Below are positions 1 through 8,973 of a stretch of DNA of 64,000 nt, in pieces. This stretch comes from SAR86 cluster bacterium (GTDB taxonomy: Bacteria; Pseudomonadota; Gammaproteobacteria; Magnimaribacterales; D2472). The stretch lies in NCBI GenBank assembly GCA_023703615.1, contig CP097971.1, forward strand, positions 1,059,476-1,123,475, written 5' to 3'. Each line of letters begins with the position of its first letter. Position 1 is the stretch's first letter. The notes under the pieces were generated by a model that was not told where the DNA came from, did no database searches, and saw only the letters and a program-made list of their open reading frames with translations. The position numbers were made by a program, and so were the translations under genes.

Positions 1-1200
1 AAATTTCTTCAAGCAATCAATTTGGTTGAAAAGTCTGAGGATATTATTGAAGAAAATGATGAGTCTATAGATCCACCTGGATCATCAGATGATCTAGAGA
101 GTAATATTGATGATGTAAATGATGGAGATGAAACTGAAAGCATTGAGTCTAATGAAAGTATGGATATGCCTGATGAAATGCTCTTTGAGGAGGATTCGAC
201 CTCCTCTGCAGAAGCTTCTATTGATGAGGAAATTGAAGCATTATCTTATCCAGAAAATACTTTTAATTCTGAATTACAAAAAAATTACGAAATATATACA
301 AATGATTTTGATGAAGTTATTGATGCAAAAGAGCTGACGACAAATGAAGAATCACTAAGACTCAGAAAACAATTAGATAATCTAATAAAACCCCATCTTA
401 CCACTATAGGAAAACTTGCTAATAGACTTCAAAGATTGCTTCTTGCAAAACAAAATACTAGTTGGAACTATAATCTTGAAGAAGGAATTTTAGATACAGC
501 AAGATTACATAGGATCATTGCAAAACCTGGCTTCCCATTAAGTTTTAAAGAGGAGAAGCAGACAGACTTTAAGGATACTGTAGTTAGTTTGTTGATTGAT
601 AATTCAGGGTCAATGAGAGGAAGATCAATAAGCCTCGCAGCAATCTGTGCAGATATCATTAGTACAACATTAGATAGATGTCAGATTAAAACAGAAATTT
701 TAGGGTTTACAACAAAACATTGGAAAGGTGGACAATCAAAACAATTATGGTTGCAAAGAGGTAGCCGATCCTATCCTGGAAGATTAAACGATATAAGGCA
801 TATTGTTTATAAAAGTGCGGACAATAGCTTAAGGAGAGCTCGTAAGAATTTTGGCACAATGTTAAGAGAAGGTTTGCTAAAAGAAAATATTGATGGTGAA
901 GCGCTTGCATGGTCTCATGAAAGATTAATAAAAAGAGGAGAAGAAAGAAAAATTCTTATTGTTATATCAGATGGAGCACCGGTTGATGATAGTACATTGT
1001 CAGCAAATAAAGATGATTATTTAGATAATCACTTAAAAGAGATAATTTATTTAATTGAAAATAACAGTCCTGTTGAACTTCAAGCCATCGGGATTGGTCA
1101 TGATGTAACAAAATATTATAAAAACGCTTTAACAATTAATAGAGCTGAAGAATTAGGTGAAGTTTTGCTTGATGAGTTAACAAAACTTTTCAAGGATTGA
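1..1200 (+). CDS. cobT: CobT-like protein (cobaltochelatase CobT family), C-terminal part: acidic linker plus von Willebrand factor A domain; 5' end outside window
   Basis: Frame 1 is open from nt 1, so the TTG listed at 22 is internal. D/E/S-rich acidic linker, then [18 protein letters not shown]-type vWA motif [70 protein letters not shown]. This is the CobT/CobT_C pattern. Confidence 0.8.
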   Translation, partial: KFLQAINLVEKSEDIIEENDESIDPPGSSDDLESNIDDVNDGDETESIESNESMDMPDEMLFEEDSTSSAEASIDEEIEALSYPENTFNSELQKNYEIYTNDFDEVIDAKELTTNEESLRLRKQLDNLIKPHLTTIGKLANRLQRLLLAKQNTSWNYNLEEGILDTARLHRIIAKPGFPLSFKEEKQTDFKDTVVSLLIDNSGSMRGRSISLAAICADIISTTLDRCQIKTEILGFTTKHWKGGQSKQLWLQRGSRSYPGRLNDIRHIVYKSADNSLRRARKNFGTMLREGLLKENIDGEALAWSHERLIKRGEERKILIVISDGAPVDDSTLSANKDDYLDNHLKEIIYLIENNSPVELQAIGIGHDVTKYYKNALTINRAEELGEVLLDELTKLFKD

Positions 1201-1251
1201 TAATTAATATAAAATTGGGCTTACGCGTATGCGAATTTAAGGATTAGAATA

Positions 1252-2358
1252 ATGAAAGTTACAAAAAAAAGTGGTCCGCCAAAAGACCTAGTTTATTTTG
1301 ATGAAGATCTTAATCTTACAAAGATGCATGTTGAAGATGTTGTTGAGATTTTTAATACGCCTCTTACAGGATCTTATAATTGGGACTACACAATTGCAGA
1401 TAACCGCATAAAAAAACTTTATGAGTTAGGTAAAGAATTAAATTGGAATGGGTCAATTGATTTAAACTGGGAATATACTCATCCAAGAGATGAAAAAATT
1501 GTTGAGCCTGATGAAGATCTTCCTCACGAAACACTTGAAGCCTATCAAAATCTTTCTGAAGAAGACAAAATATTATTCGACAGACACAGTACTGCTGAAC
1601 TTATGAGTCAATTTTTACATGGGGAACAAGGAGCTTTATTAGTTGCATCTCAACTTGCTTGCTGTGCTCCCACTTACAATGCCAAGTTATATGCAGCATC
1701 ACAGACTTTTGATGAAGCCAGACATGTAGAAGTTTTTAATAGGTATCTTCAGGAAAAAATAGGTATTCATTATCCTATTAATCCAGCATTAAAAATTTTA
1801 TTAGACAAGATTCTTACTGATGAGAGATGGGACCTAAAATTTATTGGCATGCAAATAATTATTGAAGGACTAGCATTAGCTGCTTTTCAAATGCTCAAAG
1901 TAATCACCAAGGATCCTCTGTTAAAGCAACTTCTGCATTATGTTGTAAGAGATGAAGCAAGGCATGTTACGTTTGGTATTAACTATCTCGAAGATTATAT
2001 TAAAACACTTTCTCCAGAAGAGATTAATGAAAGAGCTGAGTTTGCTTATGAGGCATGTGTTATTTCAAGAGAAAGACTTATCAATACGAAATCTGAACAA
2101 AGATTTCTTAAAATGTCAGAGGAAGAAGCTAGAGAATTTCAATTAAATACGAAGACATTTGAGATGTTTAGAAATTTCTTGTTCTCAAGAGTTATACCAA
2201 ATCTTTCAAGAATTGGTCTTTTGACTGATGAGGTAAGACCAAAGTTTGAAGCTTTAGGTCTGCTTGAATATGAGCATGCTCCAAGTGATTTTGAATGTGA
2301 CTGGGCCGAAATGAGAAAACCACTTGAGCAATTTGGTCAAATTCCAGAAGCTATATAA
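1252..2358 (+). CDS. Ferritin-like di-iron carboxylate protein (AurF-like diiron oxygenase family)
   Basis: Two EXXH motifs (FDEARHVEVF, VRDEARHVTFG) plus partner carboxylates (HGEQGALLV, IIIEGLALAAF). N-terminal LYELGKELNWNGSIDLNW resembles the AurF-type family. aagga SD upstream of the ATG. Confidence 0.6.
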   Translation: MKVTKKSGPPKDLVYFDEDLNLTKMHVEDVVEIFNTPLTGSYNWDYTIADNRIKKLYELGKELNWNGSIDLNWEYTHPRDEKIVEPDEDLPHETLEAYQNLSEEDKILFDRHSTAELMSQFLHGEQGALLVASQLACCAPTYNAKLYAASQTFDEARHVEVFNRYLQEKIGIHYPINPALKILLDKILTDERWDLKFIGMQIIIEGLALAAFQMLKVITKDPLLKQLLHYVVRDEARHVTFGINYLEDYIKTLSPEEINERAEFAYEACVISRERLINTKSEQRFLKMSEEEAREFQLNTKTFEMFRNFLFSRVIPNLSRIGLLTDEVRPKFEALGLLEYEHAPSDFECDWAEMRKPLEQFGQIPEAI

Positions 2359-2406
2359 TTCTCATTATTTTTAAATTTTTATATACCAATATATTAGGAT
2401 ACAACT

Positions 2407-3141
2407 ATGTCAAAACACACAGCTATAAATAGATTTGGAAGATCAGGAAATCCTGCATTTTCACAAGGATTTGGAATAAATCAAAGTGTTACTGGAGAAG
2501 TTATGACTCTTGATGGCACTGTTAATAAAACTGGCATTCTTTTAGGATTATGTGTCGGAGGGGCTTATTTTGGCTGGAATGCTCCAGGGCTAGTCTTACC
2601 AGCAGTACTTATTGGATTTGTAATAGCGTTATTTACTATATTTAGACCAAAAAATTCTCCTTATACTGCTCCTGCATATGCAGCTATTGAAGGAGTAGCT
2701 CTTGGCGGAATAACTATGATTTTTGAAGCTCAGTATCCAGGAATAGGTATACAAGCTATTGGATTAACTTTTGGAATACTTGCATCACTTTTATTTTGTT
2801 ATAAAAGTGGAATTATTAAACCAACTGAAAATTTAAGACTTATGATTGTTGCTGGAACAATGGGTATATTTATACTGTACTCAGTTAGCTTTATTATGAG
2901 CTTTTTTGGAAATAGCATTGGATTTATTCATTCAAATGGTCTTTTTGGCATAGGTTTTTCTTTGTTTGTGGTTGCAATTGCTTCACTTAATCTTGTTCTT
3001 GATTTCGATTTTATCGAAGAAGGTGCTGAAAAAGGTATGCCTAAATATCTTGAATGGTATGGTGCATTTAGTCTGATGGTCACTTTGGTATGGTTGTATT
3101 TAGAAATACTCAGACTCCTAGCAAAACTTAGAAGCCGGTAA
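2407..3141 (+). CDS. Bax inhibitor-1-like / YccA-related integral membrane protein
   Basis: Multiple hydrophobic TM segments. N-terminal RSGNPAFS motif is typical of the BaxI_1 (PF12811-like) family. aggat SD-like element upstream. Confidence 0.6.
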   Translation: MSKHTAINRFGRSGNPAFSQGFGINQSVTGEVMTLDGTVNKTGILLGLCVGGAYFGWNAPGLVLPAVLIGFVIALFTIFRPKNSPYTAPAYAAIEGVALGGITMIFEAQYPGIGIQAIGLTFGILASLLFCYKSGIIKPTENLRLMIVAGTMGIFILYSVSFIMSFFGNSIGFIHSNGLFGIGFSLFVVAIASLNLVLDFDFIEEGAEKGMPKYLEWYGAFSLMVTLVWLYLEILRLLAKLRSR

Positions 3142-3236
3142 CCTCGTTGAACTCAATCGCATTTATAGTATTGGCATTATTTTCTTTATTTGTTTTTTTT
3201 AAATTAGGAAAGGTAAGAGCCTCTAATAAGCAACTC

Positions 3237-3272
3237 AATAGAAATAATAGAATTAATAGAATTAATAGATTT
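3237..3272. repeat. 9-bp tandem repeat x4 (aatagaaat aatagaatt aatagaatt aatagattt)
   Basis: Read directly from the sequence. Lies between the BI-1-like gene and the DUF305-LVIVD gene, inside a doubtful 68-aa ORF, where it encodes NRNNRINRINRF. Confidence 0.85.
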
Positions 3273-3321
3273 GGACAATCTAATAAATCTAATATCTATG
3301 AAGGAGAAGCAAAAGAAATTC

Positions 3322-5487
3322 ATGAAGACAAAAAAGAAGATAAAGATAACTAAAAAATTTGCCGTTCTTTTAACATTAATACTTTTAAATAATTTAGTAT
3401 TATCAAAAGAAGCGCCAATACTACAACCAGGATCTCCTGGAGAACCATCAAAAATTCTTGATGAGAAATCTGCAACAGATATTGCAAATACATCATATAT
3501 TCATGCTGATATTAGTTTTCTGCGGGGAATGATAATTCATCATGAACAAGCAATTCTTATGGCAAGCATGATAACTGAAAGAACCAACAATAAAAAAATT
3601 GTGGATCTTGGAAAAAGAATAGATGTTTCTCAAAAAGATGAAATAAATTTCATGGAAAGTTGGCTAAAAGATAGAAATGAATTTGAATCTAAAGCACATA
3701 ATCATATCCATCATGAAATGATTGGTATGGCATCGAAGATGCAACTTGATAAACTTGAAAACTCTTCAAGTGCAGATTTTGACAGATTATTTCTTCAATT
3801 GATGATTGCGCATCATGACGGTGCACTTGAAATGGTCGAAGAACTTAAAAAATATCCTGGGTCAACATACGATCCAATTCTCAATGAATTTGTTTCAGAT
3901 TTAGTAAATGATCAAGGTATTGAGATTGAAAGAATGAATACTATTGCTGTGAATATCTCTGATGATCCTAGATCAGGTTTATCGCCAGGACTATATATTG
4001 CTGGTGAAGCAATATTAAATCTTGAATTAATTGCTTCCCTAAGAAAGCCTGCTGGTTTTTTTGATCCTAAAAATCCAGAAGGAAAAGGATCTGAGGATCT
4101 TACAGAAGATAATTCAGATAAAACTACAGAAGAAATGTCTAGATCTCTAAGAAGCCCGATGTTAAGTTTTGCTAGCACTGATATGGCATTTCAGGATGAT
4201 ATTCTTATTGCTGGTAGTTATCATGGTTTTAACATATACAAGTTGAATACTAATGGTATTCCTGAATTAGTTTCATCTGTTGTTTGTCCCGGTGGGCAAG
4301 GAGACGTTTCCATAGTTGATGATTTACTTATTATGTCGGTAGAGGAAAATAGAAGCAGAATTGATTGCGGTCTTGAAGGTGTAAAAAGTGATGCAAGTCA
4401 AGAAAGATTTAGAGGAATTAGAATTTTTGATATATCTGATCTTTCCAATCCTAGACAAGTTGGAGCAGTTCAAACTTGTAGAGGCTCACATACCCATTCT
4501 GTTGTTTCGTCCTCAACTGTTGATAATAAAATTATTGTCTATAATTCTGGGACGGGCCGAGTAAGAGATATTGAAGAAATGGATACCTGTTTTGGTTGGA
4601 GTAGTGGTGGATCTTCATATTTTACGATCGATATTATTGAAATTCCAATTAGCAATCCAGAAAAATCAAAAATTGTTAAGAGTCCAGCTGTCTTCACAAA
4701 TCTAGAAACTGGCAATCGAGCAGGTTTATGGAGTGGTGGCGATCATGGTGAGGAGACTCAAGATACCAAAGCAACAGATCAATGTCATGATATAACTGTC
4801 TTTCCAACAGCTAAGATTGCAGCAGGAGCATGTTCTGGAAATGGAATCTTATTTGATATATCAGATCCTTATAACCCTACCAGGCTAGATGCTGTAAGAG
4901 ATATTGGATTTGCATATTGGCATTCAGCAACATTTAATAATGATGGAACAAAAGTAATATTTACTGACGAATGGGGTGGCGGTGGAAGAGCAAGATGTAG
5001 AGCATCGGATCCTTTAGACTGGGGTGCTGATGCAATTTACGAAATTATTAATAATAAACTAGTCTTTAAAAGTCACTACAAGATGCCAGCGCCACAATTA
5101 GAAACTGAAAATTGCGTTGCGCATAATGGCTCAATAATTCCAATTCCAAATAGAGATATATTTGTTCAAGCTTGGTACCAGGGTGGTTTATCTATAATGG
5201 ATTTTACTGATTCTGAAAATCCACAAGAAATTGCTTATTTTGATAGAGGTCCAATTTTTGATGATATTTTGATTACAGGCGGTTATTGGTCAACGTATTT
5301 TTATAATGGGTATATATACGGAACTGAGATTAAAAGAGGTCTTGATGTTTTTAAACTTGTGCCAAGCGAGTTCTTAACAGAGACTGAGATTGATGCAGCT
5401 TCAAATGCATATCCTATATCTGGTTCAAAAGTTTTTAATCCTCAGCAGCAAATTCCAATGACCTGGATTGAGAGTGCATCAGAATAA
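3322..5487 (+). CDS. Secreted DUF305 (x2) - LVIVD-repeat beta-propeller fusion protein, putative metal (copper?) binding
   Basis: ORF opens at 3271. The ATG at 3322 gives a classical signal peptide (MKTKKKIKITKKFAVLLTLILLNNLVLS) with aaggag 16 nt upstream. Two DUF305-type units (FLRGMIIHHEQAILMA, FLQLMIAHHDGALEMV) with linker AHNHIHHEMIGM. C-terminal ~480 aa carry LVIVD-like blades (DVSIVDDLLIMSVEE, IRIFDISDLSNPRQV, ILFDISDPYNPTRL, LSIMDFTDSENPQEIAYFD). Confidence 0.7.
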   Translation: MKTKKKIKITKKFAVLLTLILLNNLVLSKEAPILQPGSPGEPSKILDEKSATDIANTSYIHADISFLRGMIIHHEQAILMASMITERTNNKKIVDLGKRIDVSQKDEINFMESWLKDRNEFESKAHNHIHHEMIGMASKMQLDKLENSSSADFDRLFLQLMIAHHDGALEMVEELKKYPGSTYDPILNEFVSDLVNDQGIEIERMNTIAVNISDDPRSGLSPGLYIAGEAILNLELIASLRKPAGFFDPKNPEGKGSEDLTEDNSDKTTEEMSRSLRSPMLSFASTDMAFQDDILIAGSYHGFNIYKLNTNGIPELVSSVVCPGGQGDVSIVDDLLIMSVEENRSRIDCGLEGVKSDASQERFRGIRIFDISDLSNPRQVGAVQTCRGSHTHSVVSSSTVDNKIIVYNSGTGRVRDIEEMDTCFGWSSGGSSYFTIDIIEIPISNPEKSKIVKSPAVFTNLETGNRAGLWSGGDHGEETQDTKATDQCHDITVFPTAKIAAGACSGNGILFDISDPYNPTRLDAVRDIGFAYWHSATFNNDGTKVIFTDEWGGGGRARCRASDPLDWGADAIYEIINNKLVFKSHYKMPAPQLETENCVAHNGSIIPIPNRDIFVQAWYQGGLSIMDFTDSENPQEIAYFDRGPIFDDILITGGYWSTYFYNGYIYGTEIKRGLDVFKLVPSEFLTETEIDAASNAYPISGSKVFNPQQQIPMTWIESASE

Positions 5488-5499
5488 GTTGTAAAAACT

Positions 5500-6333
5500 A
5501 TGAAATTAGGAATTGACTTTGGAATTACAAATACGGATATAGTTCTTTGTGAAGGTAATGCAAAAAAGTTCTATTCAATGCCTTCAGAGCAAATAAATGA
5601 AGAAATATTTTATAAAGTTTCTAAGCTTATCGGAATTGATTTGATAGATATTAGCAAAATTGCAGTTACAGGAGGCAAATCAAGCGATCTTCCAAATTTA
5701 TATAAAAATATTTCAATAGTTAAAGTAAATGAAGTTGAGGCAATTGGTTTGGGTGCTAAAGAAGTATATGGGTTTGAAGATAAATCTTTTGTTGCAGTTA
5801 GTACTGGAACTGGTACTGCGTGTGTTTTTGGTAAAAAAAATAACTTTACTCATCTTGGAGGAATTTCTATTGGTGGAGGAACTCTTCAGGGGATTTCTAA
5901 TTATTTATTGGGGACATCAGAAATAAATGCAATCACTGATCTAGCGAAAAAAGGTTGTCGAAAAAAACTTGACTTTTCCATTGGTGAGGTAGTGAACGAC
6001 ATAGGCAATCTTTATCCAGAAGTTACTGCGTCTAATTTTGCAAAGGCTAAATTAAATAATAATCATAAAGCTGAAGATGTTGCTGCATCAATTACTAATA
6101 TGATTGGAGAAGTAATTGGAACAGTAGCATATTTAAATGCACTATTAATGAATGTTGATAAGGTATTTTTTTTGGGGAGAGTTTGTAAAATTGAACCAGT
6201 AAAAAATGGTATAATTGACAGACTTAATCTTGCAAGTATTAAAGGTGAATTTAATAAAAGCCTTGAGTATGGTTCTGCGCTGGGCGCACTTGCATTTTTA
6301 TCAATAAATCATGAAAATAACGACATTAAATAA
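5500..6333 (+). CDS. Type II pantothenate kinase-like ASKHA ATPase (Fumble/CoaW family homologue)
   Basis: MKLGIDFGITNTDIV phosphate-1 motif, VSTGTGTA, GGISIGGGTLQGISNYLLG, VTASNFAKA, MIGEVIGTVAYL, C-terminal GSALGALAFL. These are colinear with my memory of staphylococcal CoaW / Fumble-domain kinases. 12 nt after the upstream gene. Confidence 0.55.
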   Translation: MKLGIDFGITNTDIVLCEGNAKKFYSMPSEQINEEIFYKVSKLIGIDLIDISKIAVTGGKSSDLPNLYKNISIVKVNEVEAIGLGAKEVYGFEDKSFVAVSTGTGTACVFGKKNNFTHLGGISIGGGTLQGISNYLLGTSEINAITDLAKKGCRKKLDFSIGEVVNDIGNLYPEVTASNFAKAKLNNNHKAEDVAASITNMIGEVIGTVAYLNALLMNVDKVFFLGRVCKIEPVKNGIIDRLNLASIKGEFNKSLEYGSALGALAFLSINHENNDIK

Positions 6334-6339
6334 ACTATT

Positions 6340-7587
6340 ATGATTGTTACAGATAAATCTTTAGTAATAACATTCGCAATACCTGTCTTTTTTATATTGA
6401 TGTTGGTTGAGTATTTCTATGGGAGATCAGTAGGAAAAAATACTTATAGATTAAATGATACATTCACTAGTGTTGCTATTGGGATGATTAGTAGATATCC
6501 AACAATGCTAAATCTTGGGTTTCAAAGTGCTGTATTTATATTTATAAGTAATAACTTAAATTTTGAGCTTCTTTCAACAAAAAGCCCACTAACATGGGTA
6601 ATTGCTTTTTTGCTTTATGATTTATCATATTATTGGATGCATAGAATGCATCATGAAATTAAGTTTCTTTGGGCTACTCATAGTGTCCATCATCATGGTG
6701 AAGATTTTAATCTTTCAACAGCTTTAAGACAGACAAGTACAGGTTGGTTGTGGAAGTGGGTTTTTTATTTACCAATGGTTTTAATAGGTATCCCAGGTGA
6801 AGTATTTATTACAGTTGCAGGAATTAACTTAGTCTATCAGTTTTGGGTTCATACAGAACATATTGGTCACTTAGGTTTTTTAGAGAAAATTTTCATAACA
6901 CCGATGAACCATGGTATTCATCATGCTAAGAATAAAGAGTATATCGATGCAAATTATGGAGGAGTATTCATAATTTGGGACAGAATGTTTGGAACATATA
7001 TCGCACGCGATCCTGACATTGAACCTGTGTATGGAACCGCGACAGCTTTAAAAAGTTGGAATCCAGTATGGGCAAATTTTCAGATCTTTTCTCAAATGCT
7101 AAAAGATAGTATTAAGACAAAAAAACTCTCTGATAAAATAAAAGTTTGGTACTCCAAAACTCATTGGCGCCCTGAAGACTGTTTAGAAGAAAAGGACCCA
7201 AAAGATTTTTATGTAAAATATAATCCAAACATTACTAATGATATAAAACTGTTTTGTTTCATTCAGCTTGGTTTTATAGGACCTGTATCATATTCAGTCT
7301 TATTTTACATAAGTAACTATACTTATATTGAAATAATATATTTTGGTATTGCATTGTTAGCAATAAGTTCTTTAACTTCATATTTACTGACTGGAAATAA
7401 AAATGCCTATCAGTGGTTATTTGGTTTTTCAATTTTTGGCATTTGTGCAATCTATCCTCTTGGTTTAATCGACTTATCTTTGATTTCAACTCAACTTTTA
7501 CTGGCACAATTTATTACAAATATTGTAATAATAAGTTCGATAACTCTGGCAAAGGTTTTTCTTGAAAAAGAAAAGACTTATAACTAA
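6340..7587 (+). CDS. Fatty acid hydroxylase / sterol desaturase superfamily membrane protein with extra C-terminal TM region
   Basis: Histidine boxes HRMHHE, HSVHHH, HTEH, HGIHHA in a polytopic membrane protein. The last ~115 aa are additional hydrophobic helices. 6 nt after the upstream gene. Confidence 0.75.
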   Translation: MIVTDKSLVITFAIPVFFILMLVEYFYGRSVGKNTYRLNDTFTSVAIGMISRYPTMLNLGFQSAVFIFISNNLNFELLSTKSPLTWVIAFLLYDLSYYWMHRMHHEIKFLWATHSVHHHGEDFNLSTALRQTSTGWLWKWVFYLPMVLIGIPGEVFITVAGINLVYQFWVHTEHIGHLGFLEKIFITPMNHGIHHAKNKEYIDANYGGVFIIWDRMFGTYIARDPDIEPVYGTATALKSWNPVWANFQIFSQMLKDSIKTKKLSDKIKVWYSKTHWRPEDCLEEKDPKDFYVKYNPNITNDIKLFCFIQLGFIGPVSYSVLFYISNYTYIEIIYFGIALLAISSLTSYLLTGNKNAYQWLFGFSIFGICAIYPLGLIDLSLISTQLLLAQFITNIVIISSITLAKVFLEKEKTYN

Positions 7588-7594
7588 AGAATCA

Positions 7595-8326
7595 TTATTT
7601 AATTTTTAGTTCTTTGGCTGGCACGCCTGCTACAGTTGAATTTTTTTCAACATCTTTTAAAACCAAACTTCCTGCAGCAACAATTGAGTTTTCACCAATA
7701 GTAATATTTCCTAAAACAGTACTTGCTGCAAAAATAGATGCTCCTTTTTTAACATTTGGATGTCTTTTTCCTGATGCAAATCCCCTACCTCCAAGAGTAA
7801 CACCTTGAAATATTGAAACCTCAGATTCAATTACTGCCGTCTCCCCAATTACAACTCCTGTAGCATGATCAATCATTACGCCGCCTTCAATTAATGCAGC
7901 AGGATGGATGTCTAGGCCAAAAACTTCTGAGGCACGATTTTGAAAAAATAAGGCCATGGTATGCCTTTCACTTTCCCATAAACAATGAGCAGCTCTATAA
8001 GTAGCCAATCCTAAAAATCCTTTATAAAAAAGAAGAGGTGTTGAATAATATTTACATGCAGGATCATGTTCTTTAAAAAATATTAAATCAGCTTCTAATT
8101 TTGACTCGATCTCGTCGCAACTTTTAAAGGCATCTAAAATAAATAATTTTATGTCTTTTGCAGACAGCGCATCGCTATGTAATTTTGATGAAAGAACTGA
8201 AGCAACAGCACTTTGAAGATCATCTTGTGAAATAATTAAAGAATTTAAAAATGGTCCTAATGAAGGCTCAGCATCAATTCGCAAATTAATTTCATCGCAT
8301 ATCTTTTCCCATACTTCTATAGTCAT
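7595..8326 (-). CDS. cysE: Serine O-acetyltransferase
   Basis: SATase N-terminal helical domain followed by a left-handed beta-helix hexapeptide region (HPAALIEGGVMIDHATGVVIGETAVIESEVSIFQGVTLGG...KRHPNV). Confidence 0.85.
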   Translation of the reverse strand: MTIEVWEKICDEINLRIDAEPSLGPFLNSLIISQDDLQSAVASVLSSKLHSDALSAKDIKLFILDAFKSCDEIESKLEADLIFFKEHDPACKYYSTPLLFYKGFLGLATYRAAHCLWESERHTMALFFQNRASEVFGLDIHPAALIEGGVMIDHATGVVIGETAVIESEVSIFQGVTLGGRGFASGKRHPNVKKGASIFAASTVLGNITIGENSIVAAGSLVLKDVEKNSTVAGVPAKELKIK

Positions 8327-8371
8327 ATGGTGCGAATTATAAGTTATCTAGCTAAAAATAAAATATGTAAT

Positions 8372-8857
8372 CTATTCTATATCAACAATTTTTTTCATAT
8401 GCAGACGTGTTTCAGCAAGTAAATCACTCATATATTCTTGAAAAAATATAATCTTTTCATCTTTTAGACGCATTACCATTGCATAATTATTATTATATTC
8501 ACCATTAATAGCTGTTGCTTTTCCCTTAACCATATAAACAACCATATCTCCATCTGCAATTCGTTGATAGATATTTATATCAATGCCATTTGGTAAAACT
8601 TCTGGAATGACTTTTCCCAACCAAACAGATTCATAAGTTTCTTTATTATACTTCTGACAAATTTCACAAATACCCATAAATTCAAATTCAAAATCATCAT
8701 GAAGAAGATCCATTGAAACTGAGGGATTTGTTAAGATATTCTCCCAAAATGTATCAACTATAGCGATATTATTTGCTCTGGTATCTTTATGATGTCCTGC
8801 CCAAATTGATGTTGATGCTATGAGAAATAGCAAACTAAATATTATTCTTTGATTCAT
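8372..8857 (-). CDS. Exported NTF2/SnoaL-like fold protein (hypothetical)
   Basis: Signal peptide MNQRIIFSLLFLIASTSIWA. Size and alternating pattern (VDTFWENIL..., FFQEYMSD) fit the SnoaL/ketosteroid-isomerase-like fold. No catalytic assignment possible. Confidence 0.4.
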   Translation of the reverse strand: MNQRIIFSLLFLIASTSIWAGHHKDTRANNIAIVDTFWENILTNPSVSMDLLHDDFEFEFMGICEICQKYNKETYESVWLGKVIPEVLPNGIDINIYQRIADGDMVVYMVKGKATAINGEYNNNYAMVMRLKDEKIIFFQEYMSDLLAETRLHMKKIVDIE

Positions 8858-8973
8858 ATGTATCTCCTCTTAGTTATAACTATTTATAAACATAATAGGC
8901 AACAAAAGCAAATGAAAAATATTTTTTATTGCCATATATAGTAGGAAATATTGCTATAGCTGATATCATTTTT

